A stretch of 64,000 bases of DNA, from positions 62,001-126,000 of the IMG/VR virus record IMGVR_UViG_3300023184_000025; one strand, 5' to 3'. The notes beneath the pieces were generated by a model that saw nothing but the letters and a program-made list of their open reading frames with translations, ran no database searches and was not told where the DNA came from. Shown piece by piece: positions 8,919-16,890 of the stretch. A program made the translations under genes and the position numbers. The stretch's first letter is position 1. The number at the start of each line of letters is the position of its first letter.

Positions 8919-8962
8919 AGGGCTAGCTAAAAGTGTGTTATAATATACTTTTAGCTAACCCT
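8919..8962. other. Long intergenic inverted repeat
   Basis: AGGGCTAGCTAAAAGTGT / ATACTTTTAGCTAACCCT. Confidence 0.6.
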
Positions 8963-8978
8963 AGTACTTATGGTGAAC

Positions 8979-9566
8979 TTACTCGGGCTTTTGAGTTTCT
9001 TTCCGTTCCATCTCTTTAAAGCTTTCACGACTACGGGTTTCGGCTAGTCTACGCTGGTTACGAGCATCGGTCACTTTCTGGATTCCGTTTGCTTCCCCAA
9101 TTGGTAGTGCAATTAAAACATAAGCTCTAAAACGCCCATTTTCAGAAATAACCTTGATACCTTCTGCGGCAACTTCTACGCCCGAAATATCAACACCTGG
9201 GCAATAGGTTTTGATTGCCAGTTCGCTGAACTCAGTACTGGCATTCTCACTGTCTGTTCGGTAAATCTTGCTTTGCTGGTCTACACGACCGCCTGCACTC
9301 ATACAAATTTTGCCAAATGCAACAGTTTTAGCCTTGGTAACTGCCATGCTATAGTCTGGGCTCACAGCCGTACCATTCTGATATACAGCAGATTTAGAAA
9401 CTGGTAGATTAGTCATCCATTTGGGTGCTTTGTCAATGGCCTGTTCAGCCGCTTTTTCTCTACGCTGTTCATCATCATAGGCCCTGCGTTCGTAAGGGTC
9501 TTTGGGAGACGAACTACATGCCGCCAAAATAACCACAATGGGTGCCAATAAAATAAGTTTTTTCAT
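8979..9566 (-). CDS. Lipoprotein (LPP20-like)
   Basis: Lipobox LAAC; P.W motif. Confidence 0.7.
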   Translation of the reverse strand: MKKLILLAPIVVILAACSSSPKDPYERRAYDDEQRREKAAEQAIDKAPKWMTNLPVSKSAVYQNGTAVSPDYSMAVTKAKTVAFGKICMSAGGRVDQQSKIYRTDSENASTEFSELAIKTYCPGVDISGVEVAAEGIKVISENGRFRAYVLIALPIGEANGIQKVTDARNQRRLAETRSRESFKEMERKETQKPE

Positions 9567-9575
9567 AATTTTTCC

Positions 9576-9698
9576 TTAACGAGTTTTAATCCATTCGCCG
9601 GCTTTTTTAAGATCTTCGCCGGCACCACCTACTGCCCCGCCCATGGTTCCACAGGCTGTGAGCATCGAGACAAGTAAAATAACAACTGCTTTTTTCAT
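9576..9698 (-). CDS. Entericidin EcnA/B-like small lipoprotein (40 aa, not in the ORF track)
   Basis: LTAC-GTMGGAVGGAGEDLKKAGE. Confidence 0.65.
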   Translation of the reverse strand: MKKAVVILLVSMLTACGTMGGAVGGAGEDLKKAGEWIKTR

Positions 9699-9823
9699 TT
9701 TGCCATCTCCTGACTTTGAGTTTTAACCGAGTCCACTCCTTTGTCAATCATACGAGCAATACCGCTGAATCCAACAGTAGCAAGTATTAGACCAAAAATG
9801 GTTCCAATAACAAACATCTTCAT
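9695..9823 (-). CDS. Small single-TM protein (42 aa, not in the ORF track)
   Basis: SD AGGAGG; MKMFVIGTIFGLILATVGFSG... Confidence 0.65.
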   Translation of the reverse strand: MKMFVIGTIFGLILATVGFSGIARMIDKGVDSVKTQSQEMAK

Positions 9824-9855
9824 TATAGCCTCCTGGCGTTAATTAACATAGCACA

Positions 9856-9884
9856 ATTATACATAAAATGCAATATCTAGTCAA
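9856..9884 (-). promoter_or_regulatory. Early promoter TTGACT-N17-TATAAT
   Basis: Consensus hexamers. Confidence 0.75.
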
Positions 9885-9885
9885 G

Positions 9886-10443
9886 TCAAAATTTGTCTGT
9901 AACTACCCATTTGCCTTCTCGGATTTGGCAAATAACACCCTGGTATGTTCGGATATCTCTAGCAACAAAGTTAGATTCCACAAACCATTTACATTCGGTT
10001 CCATTATGATAAAAACGGTTTGGGTATTCTGGATGGGGCCTAAATTGACCAACATCACCAACTGTACCAACTTGTGTGCTGGACAGGACGGACAATGTTG
10101 GTTGGTCCTTGCAGATCAGAGTCTTTTCACTAGTGGTTTGATTTTTGCCCACACGTTCTCTAACCGAATCGTCGGCTCTAGAAACTGCAATAGCACAGGC
10201 TTCATTTTCGGGACGGTCGCCGGACCAATTGTACTCTCCAAAAGCAGTATGCCAATTTACCCCTACTCTGGCCCTAAAGTCAACTAGACATTTTTTGCCA
10301 GTTGCAGTAGCAACCACATCTCTCCTGATCTGACTGCGTTCTGCAATAACCACAGAAGTTTTGGTAACGGAACGATCTTGTAGTACACATTCTTGAGCAC
10401 CAACAGCCGCTGGTATCAGTAAAAGTATTAATGTTTTTTTCAT
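9886..10443 (-). CDS. Secreted Cys-containing protein
   Basis: Signal peptide, six Cys. Confidence 0.7.
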   Translation of the reverse strand: MKKTLILLLIPAAVGAQECVLQDRSVTKTSVVIAERSQIRRDVVATATGKKCLVDFRARVGVNWHTAFGEYNWSGDRPENEACAIAVSRADDSVRERVGKNQTTSEKTLICKDQPTLSVLSSTQVGTVGDVGQFRPHPEYPNRFYHNGTECKWFVESNFVARDIRTYQGVICQIREGKWVVTDKF

Positions 10444-10781
10444 GAGCAATCTCTTGTCAAGTGCAGTAGATGTTGATTAATCAACCAGTTTGTGCGACCA
10501 CTGTGAATACTTTGTCGCTGATAGTGTTCTTCATTGTCTGTCCAACGGCTCCAGGGTTGTGTTAAATTTCCCACACCTGCTAGCATACGTTCATCTCTTC
10601 CAGAACGCATGCTCTGCAGAAACTTAATTTGCTGTTCTTTAATACGACAATTAATTTGAAAGCTTTCCAAATCAATAGCATGTATCGGCTGTTGTACAGC
10701 ACAGCCACTAAACAGGCTGACAAATATAACGGATGCGCCAAATGCGGCTACGAACCTGGCGTTGAAATTCTGCAGAATCAT
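10440..10781 (-). CDS. Putative lipoprotein
   Basis: FSGC lipobox-like. Confidence 0.6.
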   Translation of the reverse strand: MILQNFNARFVAAFGASVIFVSLFSGCAVQQPIHAIDLESFQINCRIKEQQIKFLQSMRSGRDERMLAGVGNLTQPWSRWTDNEEHYQRQSIHSGRTNWLINQHLLHLTRDCS

Positions 10782-10923
10782 TTTGGGTACTCTGAGTTTC
10801 TAACCATCTGATTATGGCATGTCGATTGGCACAATCATCTGGAATGAGTGTGACGTCAACAGGCGGCCGGGTAGATGTACACCCTGTAATTAATAAAATG
10901 GATAAAAGAAAAATCCTGTTCAT
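10708..10923 (-). CDS. Putative small lipoprotein
   Basis: ITGC lipobox; ATG 6 nt after a -10 box. Confidence 0.6.
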   Translation of the reverse strand: MNRIFLLSILLITGCTSTRPPVDVTLIPDDCANRHAIIRWLETQSTQNDSAEFQRQVRSRIWRIRYICQPV

Positions 10924-10929
10924 GTAGCT

Positions 10930-10958
10930 ATTATACACAAACAGGATTTATTGGTCAA
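10930..10958 (-). promoter_or_regulatory. Early promoter TTGACC-N17-TATAAT
   Basis: Repeated promoter family. Confidence 0.85.
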
Positions 10959-10975
10959 CTAGACCGATAGCCAAA

Positions 10976-11251
10976 TTACTTCTTGGCTGTGGTATTTTGG
11001 TAAGCTTTCATAACGCCTTCACCAAATTTGGTGTAGTCAAATTTCATTGCTTCCTGGCTGGCTTTTACCATTTCTTGTGCCACTGTGGTAAACGTATCTA
11101 CTCCGACCTTGGCGGCTTTTTTGGTGTAGTCTGCTTGGGCGTCAATGAACTTGACCATTGAGTCTTTAACAGTTTCGTTTTGAATGAATGTGTTAACAAA
11201 AGTTTTTTTACCGGTTTGAACGGTGTCGATTAGTGCGTCTGCTGTGAACAT
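10976..11251 (-). CDS. Phasin-like amphipathic helical protein
   Basis: All-helical Ala/Thr/Lys-rich sequence; PhaR-like box upstream. Confidence 0.5.
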   Translation of the reverse strand: MFTADALIDTVQTGKKTFVNTFIQNETVKDSMVKFIDAQADYTKKAAKVGVDTFTTVAQEMVKASQEAMKFDYTKFGEGVMKAYQNTTAKK

Positions 11252-11257
11252 AGTGTT

Positions 11258-11309
11258 CTCCTTTAATTAAGCGAGTTTACGATTTAGGACCCGGCCTATC
11301 CAGCGTCCT
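11258..11309 (-). promoter_or_regulatory. ROSE-like RNA thermometer leader
   Basis: CUC-G-CUU pairs with SD AAGGAG with a bulged G; upstream hairpin. Confidence 0.55.
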
Positions 11310-11317
11310 TAGTCTAT

Positions 11318-11348
11318 ATTATATATGATAAATTGTTGCGTTGCAACA
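11318..11348 (-). promoter_or_regulatory. Sigma70 promoter (TTGCAA-N17-TATAAT) with PhaR-like palindrome TGTTGC-N3-GCAACA over the -35
   Basis: Perfect palindrome at 11334-11348. Confidence 0.6.
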
Positions 11349-11460
11349 TTTTTACGTGTTATTTTGGTATGTTTGGATAAATTGATAGTGTTATATGGAA
11401 GTGTACTAATAAAATACCATTATCTTAAAGATCATAGTAAATAACACATAGGAGAATCAA

Positions 11461-11754
11461 ATGATTACATTTATTAAAAAACTTTTTGGGCTAGAAAAAC
11501 CCTCAGTTACAGAAGCACCGTATAAGGTAGAGACACCGACATCAGTTGTAACACCACTGACGGTGGGGTCTGAAGGAGTTGCACCAGCGGTTAAACCCAA
11601 AGCTGTTGTGGTTGAAAACACCGAAATTATACCCGTGAGCTTTTCTGACATACCAGTAATGGTTGCTACAACAAAAACACCTGCTAAAAGAGGACCCGCA
11701 AAACCAAAAGTTGCTAAAACGCCGCGAACACCTACAAAACCTGCGGCAAAATAA
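11461..11754 (+). CDS. Protein with N-terminal amphipathic helix and histone-H1-like Lys/Pro/Ala tail
   Basis: TAAATA 11438-11443, SD AGGAG. Confidence 0.7.
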   Translation: MITFIKKLFGLEKPSVTEAPYKVETPTSVVTPLTVGSEGVAPAVKPKAVVVENTEIIPVSFSDIPVMVATTKTPAKRGPAKPKVAKTPRTPTKPAAK

Positions 11755-11763
11755 ACAAGGTCA

Positions 11764-12471
11764 CTAAGTCTTTGCGCCGGAGAAATAATGTGCGGCGATC
11801 ACCGACTGTACAAGGCTGTCTAGGCTGTTAACAATGGGTATGCCATCCTCAATGGAAATGTTGATACTCAAGGGCAATTCGGTACAGCCTAGAACCACAG
11901 CTTGTGCGCCACGATCGATCAAGCTATGAATTACTTTCATTAGCAACAACTGAGATTCTGTAATCTTGCCGGCCTTGACCAGGTCAATAGCAGGTTGTAC
12001 AAAAAAGTCCATTTCAGCACGATCTGGAACTATACATCTCCAGCCTTGTTGCTCTAGTCTTTCTTGATATAAACCATATTCTATTGTGCCTTGTGTGCCC
12101 ATGATGCCAATGGTGGTATTGTCAAGCTGTAATTTACGGAGCTCGTCGGCTATGCTTTCTACTATGTGTAAGATGGGCACACCCATTTTGACCATGTCAT
12201 TGTACCAAAAATGTGCTGAGTTACAAGGAATAACAATACTGTCACACCCTAGTGTTTTTAATGCCTGTATACCTTGTAACATCAACAGTAATGGCCGATT
12301 GTCGCCGGCCTGTATACTTGTACTACGATCAGGAATTCTTGGCTCATTCCACAACACAAAAGGTATGTGTTCTTGATCGCAAGTGGCCGGCGACTGCCTG
12401 ATTAATCTAGTTACAAACTCTGCTGACGCTGCCGGTCCCATGCCTCCTAGTATGCCAAGTTTTTTTACCAT
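11764..12471 (-). CDS. Aspartate/glutamate racemase
   Basis: GILGGMGP, PCNSAH and GCTELP (both catalytic Cys present). Confidence 0.9.
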   Translation of the reverse strand: MVKKLGILGGMGPAASAEFVTRLIRQSPATCDQEHIPFVLWNEPRIPDRSTSIQAGDNRPLLLMLQGIQALKTLGCDSIVIPCNSAHFWYNDMVKMGVPILHIVESIADELRKLQLDNTTIGIMGTQGTIEYGLYQERLEQQGWRCIVPDRAEMDFFVQPAIDLVKAGKITESQLLLMKVIHSLIDRGAQAVVLGCTELPLSINISIEDGIPIVNSLDSLVQSVIAAHYFSGAKT

Positions 12472-12530
12472 ATTAAAATTAATACTATTAGTATGACTAT
12501 GATGCCAGCAATGACTCCTGGTAGTCTCAT
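12465..12530 (-). CDS. 21-aa single-TM peptide (not in the ORF track)
   Basis: MRLPGVIAGIIVILIVLILIW; overlaps both neighbours. Confidence 0.55.
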   Translation of the reverse strand: MRLPGVIAGIIVILIVLILIW

Positions 12531-13132
12531 TTTTTATCAAACAGTAAACTTGACGCAACAATTAGTACAGTCTGTGCTAACTCTACTTCTGTTGGTTGCT
12601 CTTTCCAACCTACACTTATTTGTCCTATAAACAATCCAGGGTCTGCTGGCACGCTTATGCGACACATGTATGTTACTCCATAGTTTTTATAAGTAAATCC
12701 AATATAACTTTGTGGTGTTAGATACGGACCGCATGGAATTTTGCCTGACATTAATCCAATTACATCTTCGTTGTTGCTGTGATTCTTAGTAAGCAACCCC
12801 ACATTGGTTCCATCATGGACTGTGTCATGTCCTGAGCCTCGTGTAGTTAGATATACTAATTTTCTGGTGTTCAGTAATGTGTTAACTTGGAATACAGCCA
12901 CAAGCTCTGCATCTGTATTCTTTAGTATAAAATTGACTGCTTGTTCATATTTGCCGTTCATCTTGGGCAAGGCCTGTTGAGCACGATAACTTGCCATGAA
13001 GTTATCTTTTTCAGTATAGGCTACCCATCCTAAAAAAGTGAATAGGCAAAGGAACACAACTGTAAATAGGCGAAATGGACTTTCGCCTATAAACTTTAAC
13101 AGTTCAAGCAGTAACTCTTTAAGTTTGTCCAC
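12527..13132 (-). CDS. T4 holin T-like protein (N-terminal TM plus periplasmic GAF-like domain)
   Basis: Size, topology and pattern similarity to T4 T, aligned by eye from memory. Confidence 0.5.
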   Translation of the reverse strand: MDKLKELLLELLKFIGESPFRLFTVVFLCLFTFLGWVAYTEKDNFMASYRAQQALPKMNGKYEQAVNFILKNTDAELVAVFQVNTLLNTRKLVYLTTRGSGHDTVHDGTNVGLLTKNHSNNEDVIGLMSGKIPCGPYLTPQSYIGFTYKNYGVTYMCRISVPADPGLFIGQISVGWKEQPTEVELAQTVLIVASSLLFDKK

Positions 13133-14396
13133 CGGCAGTTACCTCTTTGTCGCATACAAATGCTGTGACTGCTACGTTGCCGTGTACATGACTTGCTGTG
13201 CGAATCATATCCATTAATGGATCAACTGCTATCAACAATACCAATACAGCTTCGCTTGGTAGTTTTAACAAATCACAAACAACTGCTACAGTAGCAACTG
13301 TTAAGATACCTGTTGTACCTGCACTTGCTAATCCGGCTAAAATACTACCAAACAATACAACTGCTAAACCGGTAAGTCCTAGAGGAGCATCATAGATGTT
13401 GGCAATGAATACTGTAGCAATAGCATAGTAAACAATGCTACCAATACGGTTAACAGTGAAACTTAGTGGAACTGTTAGTTCAACTCCACCTTTGTCAAAA
13501 TGTAGTTTATGTAAGGCTTCTTGTGCGTATGGAATACAAGCCAATGAACTACGTGAACTAATAGCAACAATTAATGTTTCTTTAGTTTCACGGATAACAG
13601 TGGCAAGGCTTAATCCACTACGTGCCCAAATCACAGCAGTACCTGCGGCAACTACTAATAGTCCGCCAATGAACTGTTGGAACACAAAGTCAAACATTGT
13701 TAAGAAAATACCAACTCCAACTTTACCAACTTGACTGCTGATCATTGCCAACAATGCAAATGGTAGGAAGTAGTTTAAGAATTTGAAAATACTAATACTT
13801 GCTTGTTGAACACTCTTCAGTACTTCAACCAACATACGTTGTCCTTCTGTTTTCAAGTGACCCAGTGCAACTCCAAATATCAAACAGAAGATAACAATCT
13901 TCAAACTTTCACCATTGTTCAGTGTGGCAAAAATGTTTTCTGGGATAAACTTCTCTGCCATTTTACCAGCACTGACTGCGGGTGCCGTTGACATTGGTTC
14001 GTGAAGGGTAATGTTTAATTCAGTTCCGGTATCTTTGTTGTTGACTAGTACACCAAATTCTGTTTTCTTCTCAGGAGTCATTTCTGTACCTGTTACTAGT
14101 ACAGTTCCTACACCAATAACAGCAGCCAAGAACATACTGCCAACAAAGCCCACAATAATTTTGCGAATTAATTCCTGACTACCTTCTTTTTGTAATAGCC
14201 CAATGATACCAACTAGAATAGTTGCTAACAAAAATGGTAGTACAACTACCTTTAGCAAACTAATATAGATACTACCAATACTGTCAAGACCCATACTAAA
14301 CTCAGGTGCGTAAACGCCGCCTAAAATACCTGCGATAATTGATCCTAAAATAGTCCAAGGACTAGTCAGGAAACTTTTTAAATGTGTTGTTGTCAT
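13119..14396 (-). CDS. Dicarboxylate/amino acid:cation symporter (DAACS, GltP family)
   Basis: IPENIF, SSRSS hairpin-1 motif, DMIRT TM8 motif. Confidence 0.9.
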   Translation of the reverse strand: MTTTHLKSFLTSPWTILGSIIAGILGGVYAPEFSMGLDSIGSIYISLLKVVVLPFLLATILVGIIGLLQKEGSQELIRKIIVGFVGSMFLAAVIGVGTVLVTGTEMTPEKKTEFGVLVNNKDTGTELNITLHEPMSTAPAVSAGKMAEKFIPENIFATLNNGESLKIVIFCLIFGVALGHLKTEGQRMLVEVLKSVQQASISIFKFLNYFLPFALLAMISSQVGKVGVGIFLTMFDFVFQQFIGGLLVVAAGTAVIWARSGLSLATVIRETKETLIVAISSRSSLACIPYAQEALHKLHFDKGGVELTVPLSFTVNRIGSIVYYAIATVFIANIYDAPLGLTGLAVVLFGSILAGLASAGTTGILTVATVAVVCDLLKLPSEAVLVLLIAVDPLMDMIRTASHVHGNVAVTAFVCDKEVTAGGQT

Positions 14397-14405
14397 GCTA
14401 AATCC

Positions 14406-15239
14406 TTATTTCTTTTCAGCTTTGTAGCGATCCATTAACTTTTTAGTGTCAATGTTGTTGTATTCATTCTTAATAACGTAATTAACAATGCTTAACAATT
14501 GAATCGATTTGGGATTTACTGCTACTGCAATATAGTCCACGCTGTCACTAATTGCAATTGTTTTGGTACTAATTGCGGCATCTGGCTTTTCGAAGGCAAT
14601 TTTCTTAATTTCAAATTCGTCACGGTAAGCGGCAGCAATAGTGCCCTTGGTAACATTATCAATAATCACATCCCATTTTTCTTCAGGAATAAATGTTGCG
14701 TTAGGAAAGTTAATACGAGCAAATGTGTCGTAGCTGGAATTCTTGATAAAACTTATCTTGCCATTGAAGTCACGGATAACTTGATATGTTTCTTTACCTT
14801 GACTGTTTTGACTTAGCCATAGACGATTAACAATTAAACTTTGTCTTAGCTTAACATAAGGATCACTGAATCTAACTACTTGTAGTCGAGGACCAGTTAC
14901 TGACAGTTTACTAACTGCAATGTCTGCTTTGCCTTCTCTGATCTGTTCAACAACTTCAGCAAAGCTTTCTGCATCGCGTCTGAACTGCACAGGAACTCCA
15001 AGTAGGACACCAATTCGTCGAGCTATCTCGACGTCAAGACCATGAATGTTATCCCCTTCTCCGGAGAAGAAAGGAGGAACATCTTTTTTGGTCATTGACA
15101 CAACAAGAACATTAGCTTTCTTGATTGCGGCAATATCTGAAGGTAGTGGTACTGTTGAGTTAGCCAGCTGTGCTTGTCCCGTTGCCGGGGTAGTCCACAG
15201 GGTAACTAGTACGGATAGTAATAATAGTAGTTTTTTCAT
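14406..15239 (-). CDS. Periplasmic amino-acid-binding protein (SBP family 3)
   Basis: Signal peptide; PPF, GLDVEIA, GKADIA, FSDPY motifs. Confidence 0.9.
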   Translation of the reverse strand: MKKLLLLLSVLVTLWTTPATGQAQLANSTVPLPSDIAAIKKANVLVVSMTKKDVPPFFSGEGDNIHGLDVEIARRIGVLLGVPVQFRRDAESFAEVVEQIREGKADIAVSKLSVTGPRLQVVRFSDPYVKLRQSLIVNRLWLSQNSQGKETYQVIRDFNGKISFIKNSSYDTFARINFPNATFIPEEKWDVIIDNVTKGTIAAAYRDEFEIKKIAFEKPDAAISTKTIAISDSVDYIAVAVNPKSIQLLSIVNYVIKNEYNNIDTKKLMDRYKAEKK

Positions 15240-15244
15240 AATTA

Positions 15245-15252
15245 TATTTATA
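15245..15252 (-). promoter_or_regulatory. T4-like late promoter TATAAATA
   Basis: Exact T4 late consensus 5 nt before the ATG. Confidence 0.65.
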
Positions 15253-15319
15253 GTCAAATGTCCAGGACATACTTGCATTATGCCGAACAGTATCTAATAG
15301 AATTGTTGATTTAAAGAAT

Positions 15320-15346
15320 AAAAAAAGAGCCTTTTTTGGGGCTCTT
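15320..15346 (-). terminator. Intrinsic terminator
   Basis: AAGAGCC/GGCTCTT stem plus U run. Confidence 0.75.
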
Positions 15347-15427
15347 GGTACTGGTTACGCAAATCCAGCGACACGCTATCTTGTGCCCGGTTTTAAAGGG
15401 TTAAAAACTAACATTAAATGCTAGTCA

Positions 15428-16084
15428 TTACTTTCCTAATAATGTATCAACTTTAGCTTCAGCGGCGTCTAAACGTGCTTCAATAGCATCTAGTGCTGAA
15501 TTTGAAGGAATAGCAACTGCTTCAACAACTTGTTGAACTACTTCAGGAGCAACAGCTTCAACACCTGTTGCGGCAGCAATAACTTCGGCAACTGCTTCAG
15601 CAACTTGTTGTGCTACTTCGGCGGCCGGAGCTGGCATGTCAGCCACTGCTTGCATGATAGCTTCTGTGATTGCAATCGGGTCAACTACAACCTCTGGGTC
15701 GGCGGCGACGACTGCTTGAACTGCGGCTGAAATGATGTCAGCAACTTCTTCATGAGCAACTGCTTCTGATTCAACTTGTGCTGTAATAACGTCAGCAACA
15801 ATGTCAGCGGCTTCTGCGTGGTCAGCACTTGGAGAAAGTGCAACTACTTCTGCAACTGCGCTTTGAATGCTTTCAACTGCTTGTGCCGCTGCCGCAACAA
15901 TAGCGTCAACGTGTTCTTGAGTTTTTACAGCAATTAATTGCTCTACTTGAACTTCAACAACGGATAATCTTGCGTCTAGTTCTTCAATACTAGTAGCACC
16001 GTCTGTATTAACTGTTGTACCGGTTAAATTTGCTAATTTGGCTTCTACGGCTACTAATCTTGTAGCTAAATCATCTAATCTCAT
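15428..16084 (-). CDS. Acidic Ala/Val/Glu-rich helical protein with coiled-coil ends
   Basis: No F/W/Y/C; strong SD AAGGAG. Confidence 0.75.
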   Translation of the reverse strand: MRLDDLATRLVAVEAKLANLTGTTVNTDGATSIEELDARLSVVEVQVEQLIAVKTQEHVDAIVAAAAQAVESIQSAVAEVVALSPSADHAEAADIVADVITAQVESEAVAHEEVADIISAAVQAVVAADPEVVVDPIAITEAIMQAVADMPAPAAEVAQQVAEAVAEVIAAATGVEAVAPEVVQQVVEAVAIPSNSALDAIEARLDAAEAKVDTLLGK

Positions 16085-16148
16085 GGGTTTCTCCTTGTGG
16101 GGTTAGTTTGTGTGCCACCATGACACATAATTATTTAACAGATATTAT

Positions 16149-16166
16149 GTGACAGTGATGTTACAA
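16149..16166 (-). promoter_or_regulatory. Pho box TTGTAAC-ATCA-CTGTCAC
   Basis: Two 7-mers at 11-bp period matching CTGTCAY. Confidence 0.6.
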
Positions 16167-16167
16167 A

Positions 16168-16890
16168 TCACGACCAATATTTAGATGAGTCCAAACTATC
16201 CCAATATTTTTTATTGTTGCGATTTGCAAAGTTCTTGACAAGATACTTGGCCATGCCCATGTATCCCATTTTCTTAAACCTGCGCGAATCTTGGCCAAAG
16301 TGGTGTCGAACAATTCGAAACTTTCTAGGGCTGTATTTCCTAGATAAAAAGTAATCTTCCGACGTTGAAAACTGTTCAGGAAATCCTCCAAACTCCTCAA
16401 AACGATCTCTGCGGGTCAGCATGAATGCTCCCACAGCAAATGGACTAATGTATTTCAACACATGATTGATTAGGTTAAATGCTGTGAACCCAATCTTGGC
16501 ACGTAGGTCCTTGTCATAGCATTTAATATTGAGTCCAATAAGATCTAAATTTTTACGCTCAATTAAATTAACTGCATCACGTATAACCGTAGGTTTAAAG
16601 AAGCGAACATCAGCATCAATAAACAAGATGTAAGGTGTAGTTACCAGTCGTGCTCCACAATTTTTAGCAAAGGAAACAGGCCCACCATCTATGATTTCTA
16701 CATTCAAATTGCCCTTTGTTGCTTGGATAACTTCACGGGTATTGTCAGTTGAGCAGTCTGCAATAATAATTCTAGTGCTACCTATCATTTGATTGCGCAG
16801 ATGTGTTAGAAGATAGGAAATATAGTTTTCCTCATTCTTACAAGGAATCACAATAGTAATTTTATCACTGAATTTTATTGTTTCTTGCAT
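16168..16890 (-). CDS. Glycosyltransferase family 2
   Basis: IVIPCKNEE, DCSTD, FIDAD, SED motifs. Confidence 0.9.
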   Translation of the reverse strand: MQETIKFSDKITIVIPCKNEENYISYLLTHLRNQMIGSTRIIIADCSTDNTREVIQATKGNLNVEIIDGGPVSFAKNCGARLVTTPYILFIDADVRFFKPTVIRDAVNLIERKNLDLIGLNIKCYDKDLRAKIGFTAFNLINHVLKYISPFAVGAFMLTRRDRFEEFGGFPEQFSTSEDYFLSRKYSPRKFRIVRHHFGQDSRRFKKMGYMGMAKYLVKNFANRNNKKYWDSLDSSKYWS

